Shown piece by piece: positions 38,238 to 46,670 of a stretch of DNA of 64,000 nt. The notes beneath the pieces are model-generated. The model was not told where the DNA came from and ran no database searches. It saw nothing but the letters and a program-made list of their open reading frames with translations. The DNA is from Thermoplasmata archaeon (lineage in GTDB: Archaea > Thermoplasmatota > Thermoplasmata > Thermoplasmatales > GCA-001856825): positions 35,116 to 99,115 of the forward strand of contig JAGDXP010000002.1 of the NCBI GenBank assembly GCA_023256475.1. The letters run 5' to 3'. A program made the position numbers and the translations under genes. Within the stretch, counting starts at the first letter, position 1; every line of letters begins with the position of its first letter.

Positions 38238-39053
38238 TTATGAAATATATGCAAGCAGTTGCATAATGTTATATATTTTCACTGGATCATCTGTTTCAAA
38301 TAATAGAGTGTACGCATCAATTCTATTTATTCCGGGAACCAGCTCTGCTAAATCAGCATCTTCCGAATTCTTCATTATAAATTCAACCTTGTAATCAGCC
38401 TCACCAATGAGCGATTTCATCGCCCCTTCTTTTAGAGAAGAATAAGACTCTTGACATTTTTCAGCTATCTCAATTTTTAATTTTTCCAAAGAAGGGGATA
38501 TAGAAGAATGCCTCCAAATAGATTCCTTTAATTTCACATATTTCGCCCAAGGAGTTTTCTCTTGAACCTCATTCATTAAGATCTGATCGCCGGCTACAAG
38601 TATGACAGGAACATTAAATTTACCAGCAATTAGTGATATCAAGAAATATTCACTCATCCTTACCCCATTCAACCTAATCTCATGAAATTTTGAACTGCTA
38701 TATGTATGGTCAAATGATGAATGTGTTGATCCTGCTGCTGAATGATATCCGATTAGAGCCAGCGCATTATAACCTTTCTCAATACCGGTAATCATGCTTA
38801 AGGGTCTTCTGGCTCCTCTCATTAGTTTAGCGTAACCTGGGATACTCTCATAATAAATATTGCCCATTCCGTCATGCGAATCGGCAACAGTTATTTCTTC
38901 AAATCCGGATTGGTGGAAGCTTTCCAGGAACATTGAAGTTATCTCCGTCATTATTCTCCTTCCCTCTTCATATCTACTTCCATCTGGATCCGTCTGAGAT
39001 TTTGAGAATATGCCTGGCATCCCCTCCATATCCACTGATAGAAATAATTTCAT
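38238..39053 (-). CDS. M55 family D-aminopeptidase (DppA-like)
   Basis: The N-terminal MKLFLSVDMEGMPGI and GYHSAAGS blocks are typical of DppA/M55 peptidases. Confidence 0.8.
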   Translation of the reverse strand: MKLFLSVDMEGMPGIFSKSQTDPDGSRYEEGRRIMTEITSMFLESFHQSGFEEITVADSHDGMGNIYYESIPGYAKLMRGARRPLSMITGIEKGYNALALIGYHSAAGSTHSSFDHTYSSSKFHEIRLNGVRMSEYFLISLIAGKFNVPVILVAGDQILMNEVQEKTPWAKYVKLKESIWRHSSISPSLEKLKIEIAEKCQESYSSLKEGAMKSLIGEADYKVEFIMKNSEDADLAELVPGINRIDAYTLLFETDDPVKIYNIMQLLAYIS

Positions 39054-39149
39054 GGTAATAATATTGAAATTCTTGCTTAAAAATGATTCTATTGATAATT
39101 TAGAAATTTGAATAATTTAAGAGATTAAAAATTGCATTTAGTGAGCAAA

Positions 39150-39839
39150 TTATCTGAATCTTTCGTTAAAAATTTGATTCTTGCTGATTAGATCATTCAA
39201 TACATTAAATGCCCTCCCTGCATCCTTGTTCGAAACCAAGAGCAATGTGTCGATATAGGAGCTCGTTGTATCCTCGATGTTTATTCCATTATCTGCAAGT
39301 GTCTGATAAATCAAATTTATCACTCCGGGAGTTTCAATTATGTCCTTAGTAGAGTGAATAGTTATCAAGGAAAGCCCTGTTTTAATTTCCACCGCTTTCT
39401 CATTATTTTTGCTTAGGATGTTTAAAATGTGATTAAATGCTGATTTGCTTAAGACTATGGTAAAGGTATTTACAGTTTTAGAGAAAAATATCACATCATC
39501 GCTTATTAGGCTCAATTTCTCCGTAACGGTTTTCAGAGAGCGCCTATTTACGACAATCTTTCCTACATCCGTTGTTAGACTAATATTGCTATTAGCTATT
39601 ACTCCATAAGGCCTGTATTGATCACCATAATCTGATGGCTTATACCTTTTTATGGCGGAAGAAACCGATGCCATGGAAGACTGAATACCTTCCCTTTGCA
39701 GATCTTTGTAAATTATTCTTGCAAGACTGCTCACATTTACAATTCCCATCTGCATGCATTTCTTCAGTGAATTGTCTGAATCAATGTATTTTCTAACCAT
39801 GCTGGCAATAGATTGGTCTTTTTGCTTATTATTAGTCAT
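39150..39839 (-). CDS. Putative regulator with an N-terminal HTH-like segment and a C-terminal ACT-like domain (COG2150-like)
   Basis: The N-terminus MGIVNVSSLARIIYKDL looks like a helix-turn-helix. The C-terminal region PGVINLIYQTLADNGINIEDT...LLLVSNKDAGRAFNVL reads as an ACT fold. The family assignment is from memory. Confidence 0.45.
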   Translation of the reverse strand: MTNNKQKDQSIASMVRKYIDSDNSLKKCMQMGIVNVSSLARIIYKDLQREGIQSSMASVSSAIKRYKPSDYGDQYRPYGVIANSNISLTTDVGKIVVNRRSLKTVTEKLSLISDDVIFFSKTVNTFTIVLSKSAFNHILNILSKNNEKAVEIKTGLSLITIHSTKDIIETPGVINLIYQTLADNGINIEDTTSSYIDTLLLVSNKDAGRAFNVLNDLISKNQIFNERFR

Positions 39840-39892
39840 TCAATTCGATATTTCTGGCATAAATTTATAATTTACTTAATAAGTGTCTGATC

Positions 39893-41119
39893 ATGACAAA
39901 GATATTGTTATCATATTCCGGTGGACTAGACACGACAACTTGCATATATTGGATAAAAGAGAAATATGGCGCCGATGTAATAACAGTTACAGTAGATGTA
40001 GGACAGGAGGATGATTTTGAGGAGCTGGAAGAGAGGGCTTATAAGGCAGGAGCATTGAAACATTATACCATTGATGCCAAGCAAGAGTTTGCCAATAAAT
40101 ATATCCTTCCGGGGATTAAGGCAAATGCCCTCTACGAGGGGAAATATCCACTTTCTACAAGCCTCGCTAGGCCCCTAATATCTGAAAAAATTGTTGAGAT
40201 TGCCAAAAAGGAAGGGATATCGCATATCGCACATGGAAGCACTGGAAAGGGAAATGACCAAGTTAGATTTGAAATTTCAATAAAATCTCTATACCCAACG
40301 GCTCACGTTTTCTCGCCAGTAAGGGAATGGAGCATGTCAAGGGATATGGAATATGAATATTTACTAAGCCATGGTTTTGAATATCCCTATTCCAGAGGGG
40401 AATTTAGCGTTGATGAAAATTTGTGGGGACGCTCCATAGAGGGTGGCAGGATTGAATTTGAAAATGTCGAACCTCCTGAAGAAGCATTCTTGTGGACTAA
40501 AAACATTTCCGAAACCCCAGATAATCCAGATTTCATAGAAATAGAGTTCCAAATGGGGAAACCTGTCGCAATCGATGGAAATTACATGGACCTAGTTTCA
40601 TTGATAAGGTACCTGAATATACTTGGAGGTAAGCATGGGATTGGAAGGATAGATCATATGGAGGACAGGGTAGTGGGAATAAAATCCAGAGAGGTTTATG
40701 AAGTTCCGGCAGCTAAAATCTTGCTTGAGGCTCATCAGGACTTGGAAAAATTAGTTCTCACAAAGCATGTCCTAAAGTTCAAGCATATAGTTGAAAAATA
40801 TTGGACGGATCTGGTTTATGAAGGTTTGTGGTACGACCCTCTTAAAGATTCCCTGGACGCCTTTATTGAAAAAACGCAAGAACCTGTCTCCGGAAAGGTT
40901 AAATTAAAACTTTTCAAAGGTAATGTTCAGGTAATTGGCAGGGAATCTGAAAACTCGCTATATAGGCATAACCTATCAACATATGGGTCCCTTTCAACCT
41001 TTGACCAGAGCAAGGCTATTGGATTTATAGAGATCTGGGGAATGCAGACTCTCCTGTTCAATGAAATCAAATCTAAACCTCAGTTAGCCAAGACGCAAAG
41101 TGGTCCGAATAGCCTCTGA
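39893..41119 (+). CDS. argG: Argininosuccinate synthase
   Basis: Contains YSGGLDTT, AHGSTGKGNDQVRFE and RIDHMEDRVVGIKSREVYE blocks. A C-terminal tail of about 25 aa overlaps the ilvE 3' end on the opposite strand. Confidence 0.95.
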   Translation: MTKILLSYSGGLDTTTCIYWIKEKYGADVITVTVDVGQEDDFEELEERAYKAGALKHYTIDAKQEFANKYILPGIKANALYEGKYPLSTSLARPLISEKIVEIAKKEGISHIAHGSTGKGNDQVRFEISIKSLYPTAHVFSPVREWSMSRDMEYEYLLSHGFEYPYSRGEFSVDENLWGRSIEGGRIEFENVEPPEEAFLWTKNISETPDNPDFIEIEFQMGKPVAIDGNYMDLVSLIRYLNILGGKHGIGRIDHMEDRVVGIKSREVYEVPAAKILLEAHQDLEKLVLTKHVLKFKHIVEKYWTDLVYEGLWYDPLKDSLDAFIEKTQEPVSGKVKLKLFKGNVQVIGRESENSLYRHNLSTYGSLSTFDQSKAIGFIEIWGMQTLLFNEIKSKPQLAKTQSGPNSL

Positions 41120-41984
41120 CTATTTTACTAAAAGTATCAATTATTTCTCTTGTAATTTTTCCTATTTTTCCATTGCTTATTTGGATGCCATCTACATTGG
41201 TTACAGGGGTTATCTCTGCCGCTGTTCCAGAGAAGAAAACTTCATCACTGGTGTAAATGTCCTCCCTAGGTATTTCTGTTTCAACTACTTCATAACCCAA
41301 AAACTTGCCTATTTTTATCACAGAATCCCTTGTAATTCCCTCCAATATTGAATCGGACATCGATGGCGTGTAGATAACTCCCTTCTTAACTAGGAAGATA
41401 TTTTCAGCTGACCCTTCTGATAAATAACCATTTTGATCCAGTAGTATGGCCTCATCAAATCCAGATAATTTAGCTTCCATATTTGCAAGGATTGAATTAA
41501 TGTAGTTTCCGCTTGCCTTGGCCTTGACCGGTAAAACAGTAGAATTAATTCTTCTCCACGATGATGTTTTAATAGAAATGCTCTCTTTTTCTCCTAGATA
41601 CTTTCCAAACTCCACTGCCGCTATATAGATTGAAGCTGGTTTTCCAACAACAGACAAACCGATTTTATCATCATTGTAAAAGGCAAATGGCCTTATGTAA
41701 GAATCACCCAAATTGTTTTTTCTAAGCAATTCAATTATAGCCTCCCTTACCTCAGACTTTGTAAATCTAACTGGCATATTGTAAATTTTCATGGAATTGA
41801 AAAATCGATCAAGATGCTCTTCCAATCTGAAAATATAGGTCTTCTTCCCCCTATATGACCTTATGCCTTCGAATATGCCAGACCCATATTGTAGAGAATG
41901 ATTTAGTATTGGAACCTTTGCTTCTTCATAATCAATAAATTTTCCGTCCCACCATACAATTCTTCCCATCTTATCAAATTTCAC
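41073..41984 (-). CDS. ilvE: Branched-chain amino acid aminotransferase (class IV)
   Basis: Contains HSLQYGSGIFEGIRSY, KASGNYINSILA and EGSAENIFLVKKGVIYTP blocks. Confidence 0.9.
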   Translation of the reverse strand: MKFDKMGRIVWWDGKFIDYEEAKVPILNHSLQYGSGIFEGIRSYRGKKTYIFRLEEHLDRFFNSMKIYNMPVRFTKSEVREAIIELLRKNNLGDSYIRPFAFYNDDKIGLSVVGKPASIYIAAVEFGKYLGEKESISIKTSSWRRINSTVLPVKAKASGNYINSILANMEAKLSGFDEAILLDQNGYLSEGSAENIFLVKKGVIYTPSMSDSILEGITRDSVIKIGKFLGYEVVETEIPREDIYTSDEVFFSGTAAEITPVTNVDGIQISNGKIGKITREIIDTFSKIVRGYSDHFASWLTEV

Positions 41985-42921
41985 TATAAATCGATCCTAT
42001 ATTATACTTGTCTACTTTCACATTCTCCAAATTATAGAGAATGTGCTTTATTCCAATTCTACCAGTTTCATTCCACAATTTGTTGAGAGTTTTATAAAGC
42101 GAACTGTGGATTCTGCCAGCGAATAGAATTTGATTTTCAATCACTCCATTTCCAATTGATTTTATCATTACATTAAGTAGTACATTATATCTGTTCTCCA
42201 AAAAATATTTGCTATCGTTTCTATATGATTCTCCAGCATCAATTTCCATTAACTCCTCACCATTTTCTTTCCCTATTTTAATGATGAATTTGGATGCATC
42301 ATCTGATATGAACTTGGGCGAACCTATCCATTTTTCTTTGAAGATTTCAAACTCCCTATCTTTTAATAGGCTCTCATTCAATTTCCATACATATTTGAGG
42401 AGGTTTAATTCTGTTATGGATGTTAGGTATTCAAATAAGAGATTCCAATTATTTTTACAATTTTGCCCATAAAATTTTAAATCGATTCCCATAGGCGCTT
42501 CACTGACAAATTCGGTTATCCAATCTGAAAAATGCATTTCATAGCCTTTAAAAACACCTATAATTATCCTTAGTTCATCCCTTTCCCAGTGTGTATTGGG
42601 ATAAATAATTATTCCCGGTTTTGATGCTATTTCATTCATAAACTCATTGAATTTTGAACTTCCCCACCTATACAACTTACCATTTTTAAATTCCGATCTA
42701 GCATCAAGACCCATATTGGCATATTGTGCTGTCATTTGAGAGGATATTAGCTCGGATGTTTCATCAGATATATCTTCTCTTGTTGTGAATTCCACGAGCC
42801 ATTTCTTACTGCTCCTGAAAATAGTACCAGTTGCTTTGCCATTTGTATTTTCCACTATCTTTAGTAAATTAGGCGTGGGGTGGTAAATTCCAATTACTGC
42901 TAATTTATCAGGAAATATCAT
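41974..42921 (-). CDS. Hypothetical protein (no family recognised)
   Basis: 315-aa ORF with host-like AT-rich codon usage. Its stop overlaps the ilvE start by 11 nt, implying co-transcription. Confidence 0.6.
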   Translation of the reverse strand: MIFPDKLAVIGIYHPTPNLLKIVENTNGKATGTIFRSSKKWLVEFTTREDISDETSELISSQMTAQYANMGLDARSEFKNGKLYRWGSSKFNEFMNEIASKPGIIIYPNTHWERDELRIIIGVFKGYEMHFSDWITEFVSEAPMGIDLKFYGQNCKNNWNLLFEYLTSITELNLLKYVWKLNESLLKDREFEIFKEKWIGSPKFISDDASKFIIKIGKENGEELMEIDAGESYRNDSKYFLENRYNVLLNVMIKSIGNGVIENQILFAGRIHSSLYKTLNKLWNETGRIGIKHILYNLENVKVDKYNIGSIYSEI

Positions 42922-43090
42922 TTTATGATTTAATATTTAACGATCTTATATAAGCAATTCGCAATTCACTTTTAGGATCATATAACCAAGGCGGTTCAAC
43001 TTACATGCAATTAAGTCTAATTCTTAGCAGATATTTATGAAAGTCGTTGTTTGATAGAAAAAATTATGAAATTTTTATGACTAAGTAATT

Positions 43091-43900
43091 CTATCTGCTA
43101 GTAGTTTTACCGTTCTCCAAAATTCTCAACATATCTGAGTATTTCGCCAATATCTGATAAATCTCTGATTCCAAAATATTGGGGTCCTTTTCTATTATGT
43201 AATTTACGTATTTTTGAGCCAGATCTTTCCTATTCAGTTTTTCGCAAACAAAAGATTTTACTATCCATAGATTAAGATCCTGCAGGTTTCTACTCAACAT
43301 GTCAGTAACAAGGATATTTGCCTTTTCCCAGTATTCTCGGTTCATTACATCAATTAATTCTCTCGGCAAAAAAGGATCCAATTCATCAAATCTATTTTCA
43401 TTTGAATCTGTTGCCTTTGATTTTATAGATTCTGGGTTTCCTGAGTCTTTCCCAGCCATTTTCTCCGGTAGCTCAAGGGGCTTATAACTCATATACCTTT
43501 CATACGCATCGTTGATCAAATTCAAGATAAATTCATCGAAATCCTTTTTCCCCATTAGATCAGCTAATAATCCGGCCCCCATTTCAGCTTCCACATATAT
43601 TTTCGAATTTTCACCATCTTGCTTATAAAGGTCAATGGATAATTTGAATTCATAAGGTGATTCTGGTTTTGAGGTATAAAGTATTGAATATTCACTTGTA
43701 AATATCTTTGCTATGACTTTAAATCGCCTAGTCATATGCATCTTGGTCCATTCAAATTGGATCTCTACAGAATCTCTAGACACATTTATTTTTTTGACGA
43801 ATTTAGAATTGCCAAATAAGTAATTGGGGTCTTTCAAAATCTCAATAAATACAGCGTTATGGATTTCCTTATTTAACTCAAATCTAGTTTTAAGTGTCAA
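43091..43900 (-). CDS. Hypothetical protein with a possible SRPBCC-like N-terminal half, an acidic linker and a helical-repeat C-terminus
   Basis: 269 aa with a TTG start. The N-terminal ~140 aa (VEIQFEWTKMHMTRRFKVIAKIF...IYVEAEMGAGLLADLMGKK) vaguely resembles a START/CoxG-like pocket domain. This domain call is weak. Confidence 0.4.
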   Translation of the reverse strand: MTLKTRFELNKEIHNAVFIEILKDPNYLFGNSKFVKKINVSRDSVEIQFEWTKMHMTRRFKVIAKIFTSEYSILYTSKPESPYEFKLSIDLYKQDGENSKIYVEAEMGAGLLADLMGKKDFDEFILNLINDAYERYMSYKPLELPEKMAGKDSGNPESIKSKATDSNENRFDELDPFLPRELIDVMNREYWEKANILVTDMLSRNLQDLNLWIVKSFVCEKLNRKDLAQKYVNYIIEKDPNILESEIYQILAKYSDMLRILENGKTTSR

Positions 43901-44901
43901 AATAGGTCACCTATCCTGAATTAATATTGGACATAAAATATTTATTAAGATTTAAGTAAAACTAGAGATAATAAAAAAAATCTTATCGGAATTAAATTAT
44001 TTTAGTGGAAATTCAAATTTGGAATGTTAAGATTTTAGATGATAACCGATGTCCCAATCTATGGGAAATACAACAAACAATCACTTAAAATTGTTATTCT
44101 ATAAAATAGAGATCAAAAATGTCATCCATAAGTTCATAATGGAAAGGTTATAAGCTATAATAAAGGTACAATTGATCTGATTAAGGACGTATGTTAATGC
44201 CCCTATGGTATGCCTTCTGAAGATGAAAAGTACTTTGAATGGAAAGCCATTTGATTGAGAAAGAGAGTTGAATACGTTAACAAGCAAGAAATTAATAAGG
44301 AAGATGCAAACTCAATCTTATACAATTAATCAGAACTCGCCAAATATTTGGATTTGAAATGACTGATTTTGAGATCTAGGGAAATAAAATCCTCGAAAGG
44401 CTCTCTGAGTCTTATTAATATACTTAGAAATTTTAAATGATGCCAATTAATTGACCCCTAAAAACTAGAGATATAAATTTCAGATCAATTAATTGGATGA
44501 AGATAAAGTGAAAGGGTTTGCGAAGTTTAATATTTTAAAAGAGACAAAGTGGGATATCAGATGATAAGGATTTGTTCGATAAGTCTAAAATAGTTATTAT
44601 GAGATCTATTCATAATGATTTCATCAATATATCTTAATTGGAATAATACAAAATTCAAAGAGCAAGATTAATCTCAAGATATTAATTTACTATGAAGGAG
44701 AGTCCCAAAAGTATTGTGAGGATTAGATGCACGGAGTTCCAAATTACACTTCTCCAGTTATCAGACTGCCCTGTTGTAGATTTCTATCCCATCTCATGAC
44801 TTCCTGATTGTTCCTGAGGTCATAATGACTTAATCCCTCCTTCATGATTATAGGATCTACACTTATATTTAAAAGGACACAAAGATATATTAAAAATGAT
44901 A

Positions 44902-44976
44902 CGGGCCCGCCGGGATTTGAACCCGGGATTACTGGCTTAGAAGGCCAGTGCCTTATCCAGGCTAGGCCACGGGCCC
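44902..44976 (-). tRNA. tRNA-Arg (anticodon UCU)
   Basis: The reverse complement reads GGGCCCG-TG-GCCT...AGGC-A-CTGGC-CTTCTAA-GCCAG-TAAT-CCGGG-TTCAAAT-CCCGG-CGGGCCC-G, a clean cloverleaf. Confidence 0.9.
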
Positions 44977-45106
44977 AGTCAAAGGTGATGCTTTTTAGAA
45001 TAATATATTTTTCATGGCTTTCAATCTATTCGTACTTAAGCGTGTTAAGGCAAAGAGAACTTAATTGAAAGAAATTTTAAACTTCATCGGCATTCCCACT
45101 GGCCAA

Positions 45107-45706
45107 ATGATAATTGGAATTGCAAGACATGGTGAGACCGATTCAAATTCAATGAAATTATGGGTTAGCGATGGAGATTACCCTCTCAACGAAAAGGGTA
45201 GGGCCCAAGCCAAGCTTTTGGCAACCTCACTCAAAGATTTCAATTTTGATTTAATCCTGACTAGTGATAAAAAGAGAACAATTGAAACAGCTGAAATAAT
45301 ATCGCAGGAGTTGGGGATACCTATTTATGGTTCTTTTAAGATATTCAGAGATAGGAATTATGGTCCCGCAGAGGGTTTAACATCAGAAGAAATCTACGCA
45401 AAATTTGGAATCAGGATGAAAAATTCTTTAACTCCCGAACTTGATCTTCTTCCTGGAGCGGAAAAAGTTGAAGAGCTAAAGGAAAGGGTTTTGAAAGGAC
45501 TCAGATTCATCATCGATAGATTCCAAAACCATTCCGTCCTATTAATTACTCATGGTGCATTTGCTAGAATGGCATATAGAATAATCAATGGAAATGATGT
45601 GGGAATTTATATTTATAATTGTTCAAATTTTATAGTGAAATGTGAGAATGAAACCTGTGAGATAGTCAGAGACATACAGCACATTAACTATGACGATTCT
45701 TCCTAA
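45107..45706 (+). CDS. Histidine phosphatase (phosphoglycerate mutase) family protein
   Basis: Contains the IARHGETDSN catalytic RHG motif and LITHGAF near the C-terminus. The track start at 45065 is a TTG. The ATG at 45107 gives the usual short N-terminus. Confidence 0.75.
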   Translation: MIIGIARHGETDSNSMKLWVSDGDYPLNEKGRAQAKLLATSLKDFNFDLILTSDKKRTIETAEIISQELGIPIYGSFKIFRDRNYGPAEGLTSEEIYAKFGIRMKNSLTPELDLLPGAEKVEELKERVLKGLRFIIDRFQNHSVLLITHGAFARMAYRIINGNDVGIYIYNCSNFIVKCENETCEIVRDIQHINYDDSS

Positions 45707-45752
45707 ATTTTTTCTACCTGTGATAAGCTTTAATATTAACTCCCATTTTCCA

Positions 45753-46052
45753 TGGGGGAGCCCTAGGGTGACTGTCGCCGTTGGGTGAGGAAAGTCCCCC
45801 CTTCAGGCAGAAATCCGGATAAAACCTAGGCTGAGAGGCCTATGCCCTTCATGAGAAATGCCACAGTTCCGGTTAGAGTGTGAATCTCCCGGAGAGGACG
45901 TTCCCGGAAATTTGTTGAGACAAGAAGGGCAGGATGAAGAAAGCCCAAGCAGCCTCTGTGAGCGCTGCCTGAGAGGCGGGTAGGGCGAATAGACAAATGT
46001 CACCAACCCATTTATTGGGCTAACAGAAGGGGGCTTACTCAGGGCACCCCCA
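45753..46052 (+). ncRNA. rnpB: RNase P RNA (archaeal type A-like)
   Basis: Contains the universally conserved GAGGAAAGTCC (about 45788-45798) and ACAGAAGGGGGCTTA (46023-46037). A terminal P1 pairing joins GGGGGAGCCCT (45754-45764) with AGGGCACCCCC (46041-46051). The region is a GC-rich island in an AT-rich genome. Confidence 0.85.
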
Positions 46053-46091
46053 GAATTTTAAAATATATGTATGCATATTACAATGAAATAA

Positions 46092-46670
46092 ATGAGCGAT
46101 ATTGATAATGTAGCCAATCAGATTGAAGCAATTCTCATAGCTTCACCAGAACCTTTATCCAAGGGGGAAATCTCTGCAAGGCTGAATACAGACATTAAGG
46201 AGGTAAGCAAGGCACTAAAACATTTGGAAAAGAGATATCAGGGCACAGCCTTGGAAGTAAAGAACTATGGTAAAAAATACAAGATAGTTGTAAGGGAAGA
46301 GTACTCTGAATTAGCTTATAGATATTCTGAACTTGAGCTCACAAAAGGAGAATTGGAAATTTTAGCCTATATTTTTAGGAACAAGAAGGTCTACCTCACC
46401 CAAATAAGGAGGCTGAGGGGGCCGAAAGCCATAGAAGAAATTTCACACTTGGAAAAAATTGGATATGTTAAGTTAGAAAAGAGTGGGAGATATAACGTTT
46501 TGAAATTGACAAGATTATTCATGAAAAAATTCGGGAAGGAACTTGAAAAGGCCCTTAAGGAAAATGGCATACAATCAAGGATTGAAAATATAAAACCTGA
46601 GAATCAAAATGAAATTCAGCAAGAAAAAAATCAAGAGAGCAAAAATGAACAGTGGGGTGAAAATTCTTGA
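46092..46670 (+). CDS. scpB: Segregation and condensation protein B-like (ScpB)
   Basis: The N-terminal IEAILIASPEPLSKGEIS is followed by two winged-helix-like halves and a low-complexity Gln/Asn/Glu tail. Confidence 0.7.
   Translation: MSDIDNVANQIEAILIASPEPLSKGEISARLNTDIKEVSKALKHLEKRYQGTALEVKNYGKKYKIVVREEYSELAYRYSELELTKGELEILAYIFRNKKVYLTQIRRLRGPKAIEEISHLEKIGYVKLEKSGRYNVLKLTRLFMKKFGKELEKALKENGIQSRIENIKPENQNEIQQEKNQESKNEQWGENS

Noticed and set aside
44436-44500. Possible C/D-box sRNA (AATGATGC ... ATGAAGA ... GTGA).
   Set aside because: The C box is imperfect and there is no clear D box (CTGA) at the right distance. The terminal stem is formed only by the CAATTAATTG palindromes. Evidence is insufficient.
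43901-44901. Replication origin, considered because this is an AT-rich non-coding kilobase containing a CTCCAGT-like element reminiscent of ORB boxes.
   Set aside because: There is only a single weak ORB-like match, with no inverted ORB pairs flanking an unwinding element. No orc1/cdc6 gene is nearby.
44844-45068. 74-aa plus-strand ORF in the track.
   Set aside because: It runs straight across the minus-strand tRNA-Arg(UCU) gene (44902-44976). The GC-rich tRNA sequence keeps the frame open, so this is not a credible CDS.
45803-46006. 67-aa minus-strand ORF in the track.
   Set aside because: It lies wholly within the RNase P RNA, a GC-rich structured RNA with conserved GAGGAAAGTCC and ACAGAA..GGCTTA elements on the plus strand.
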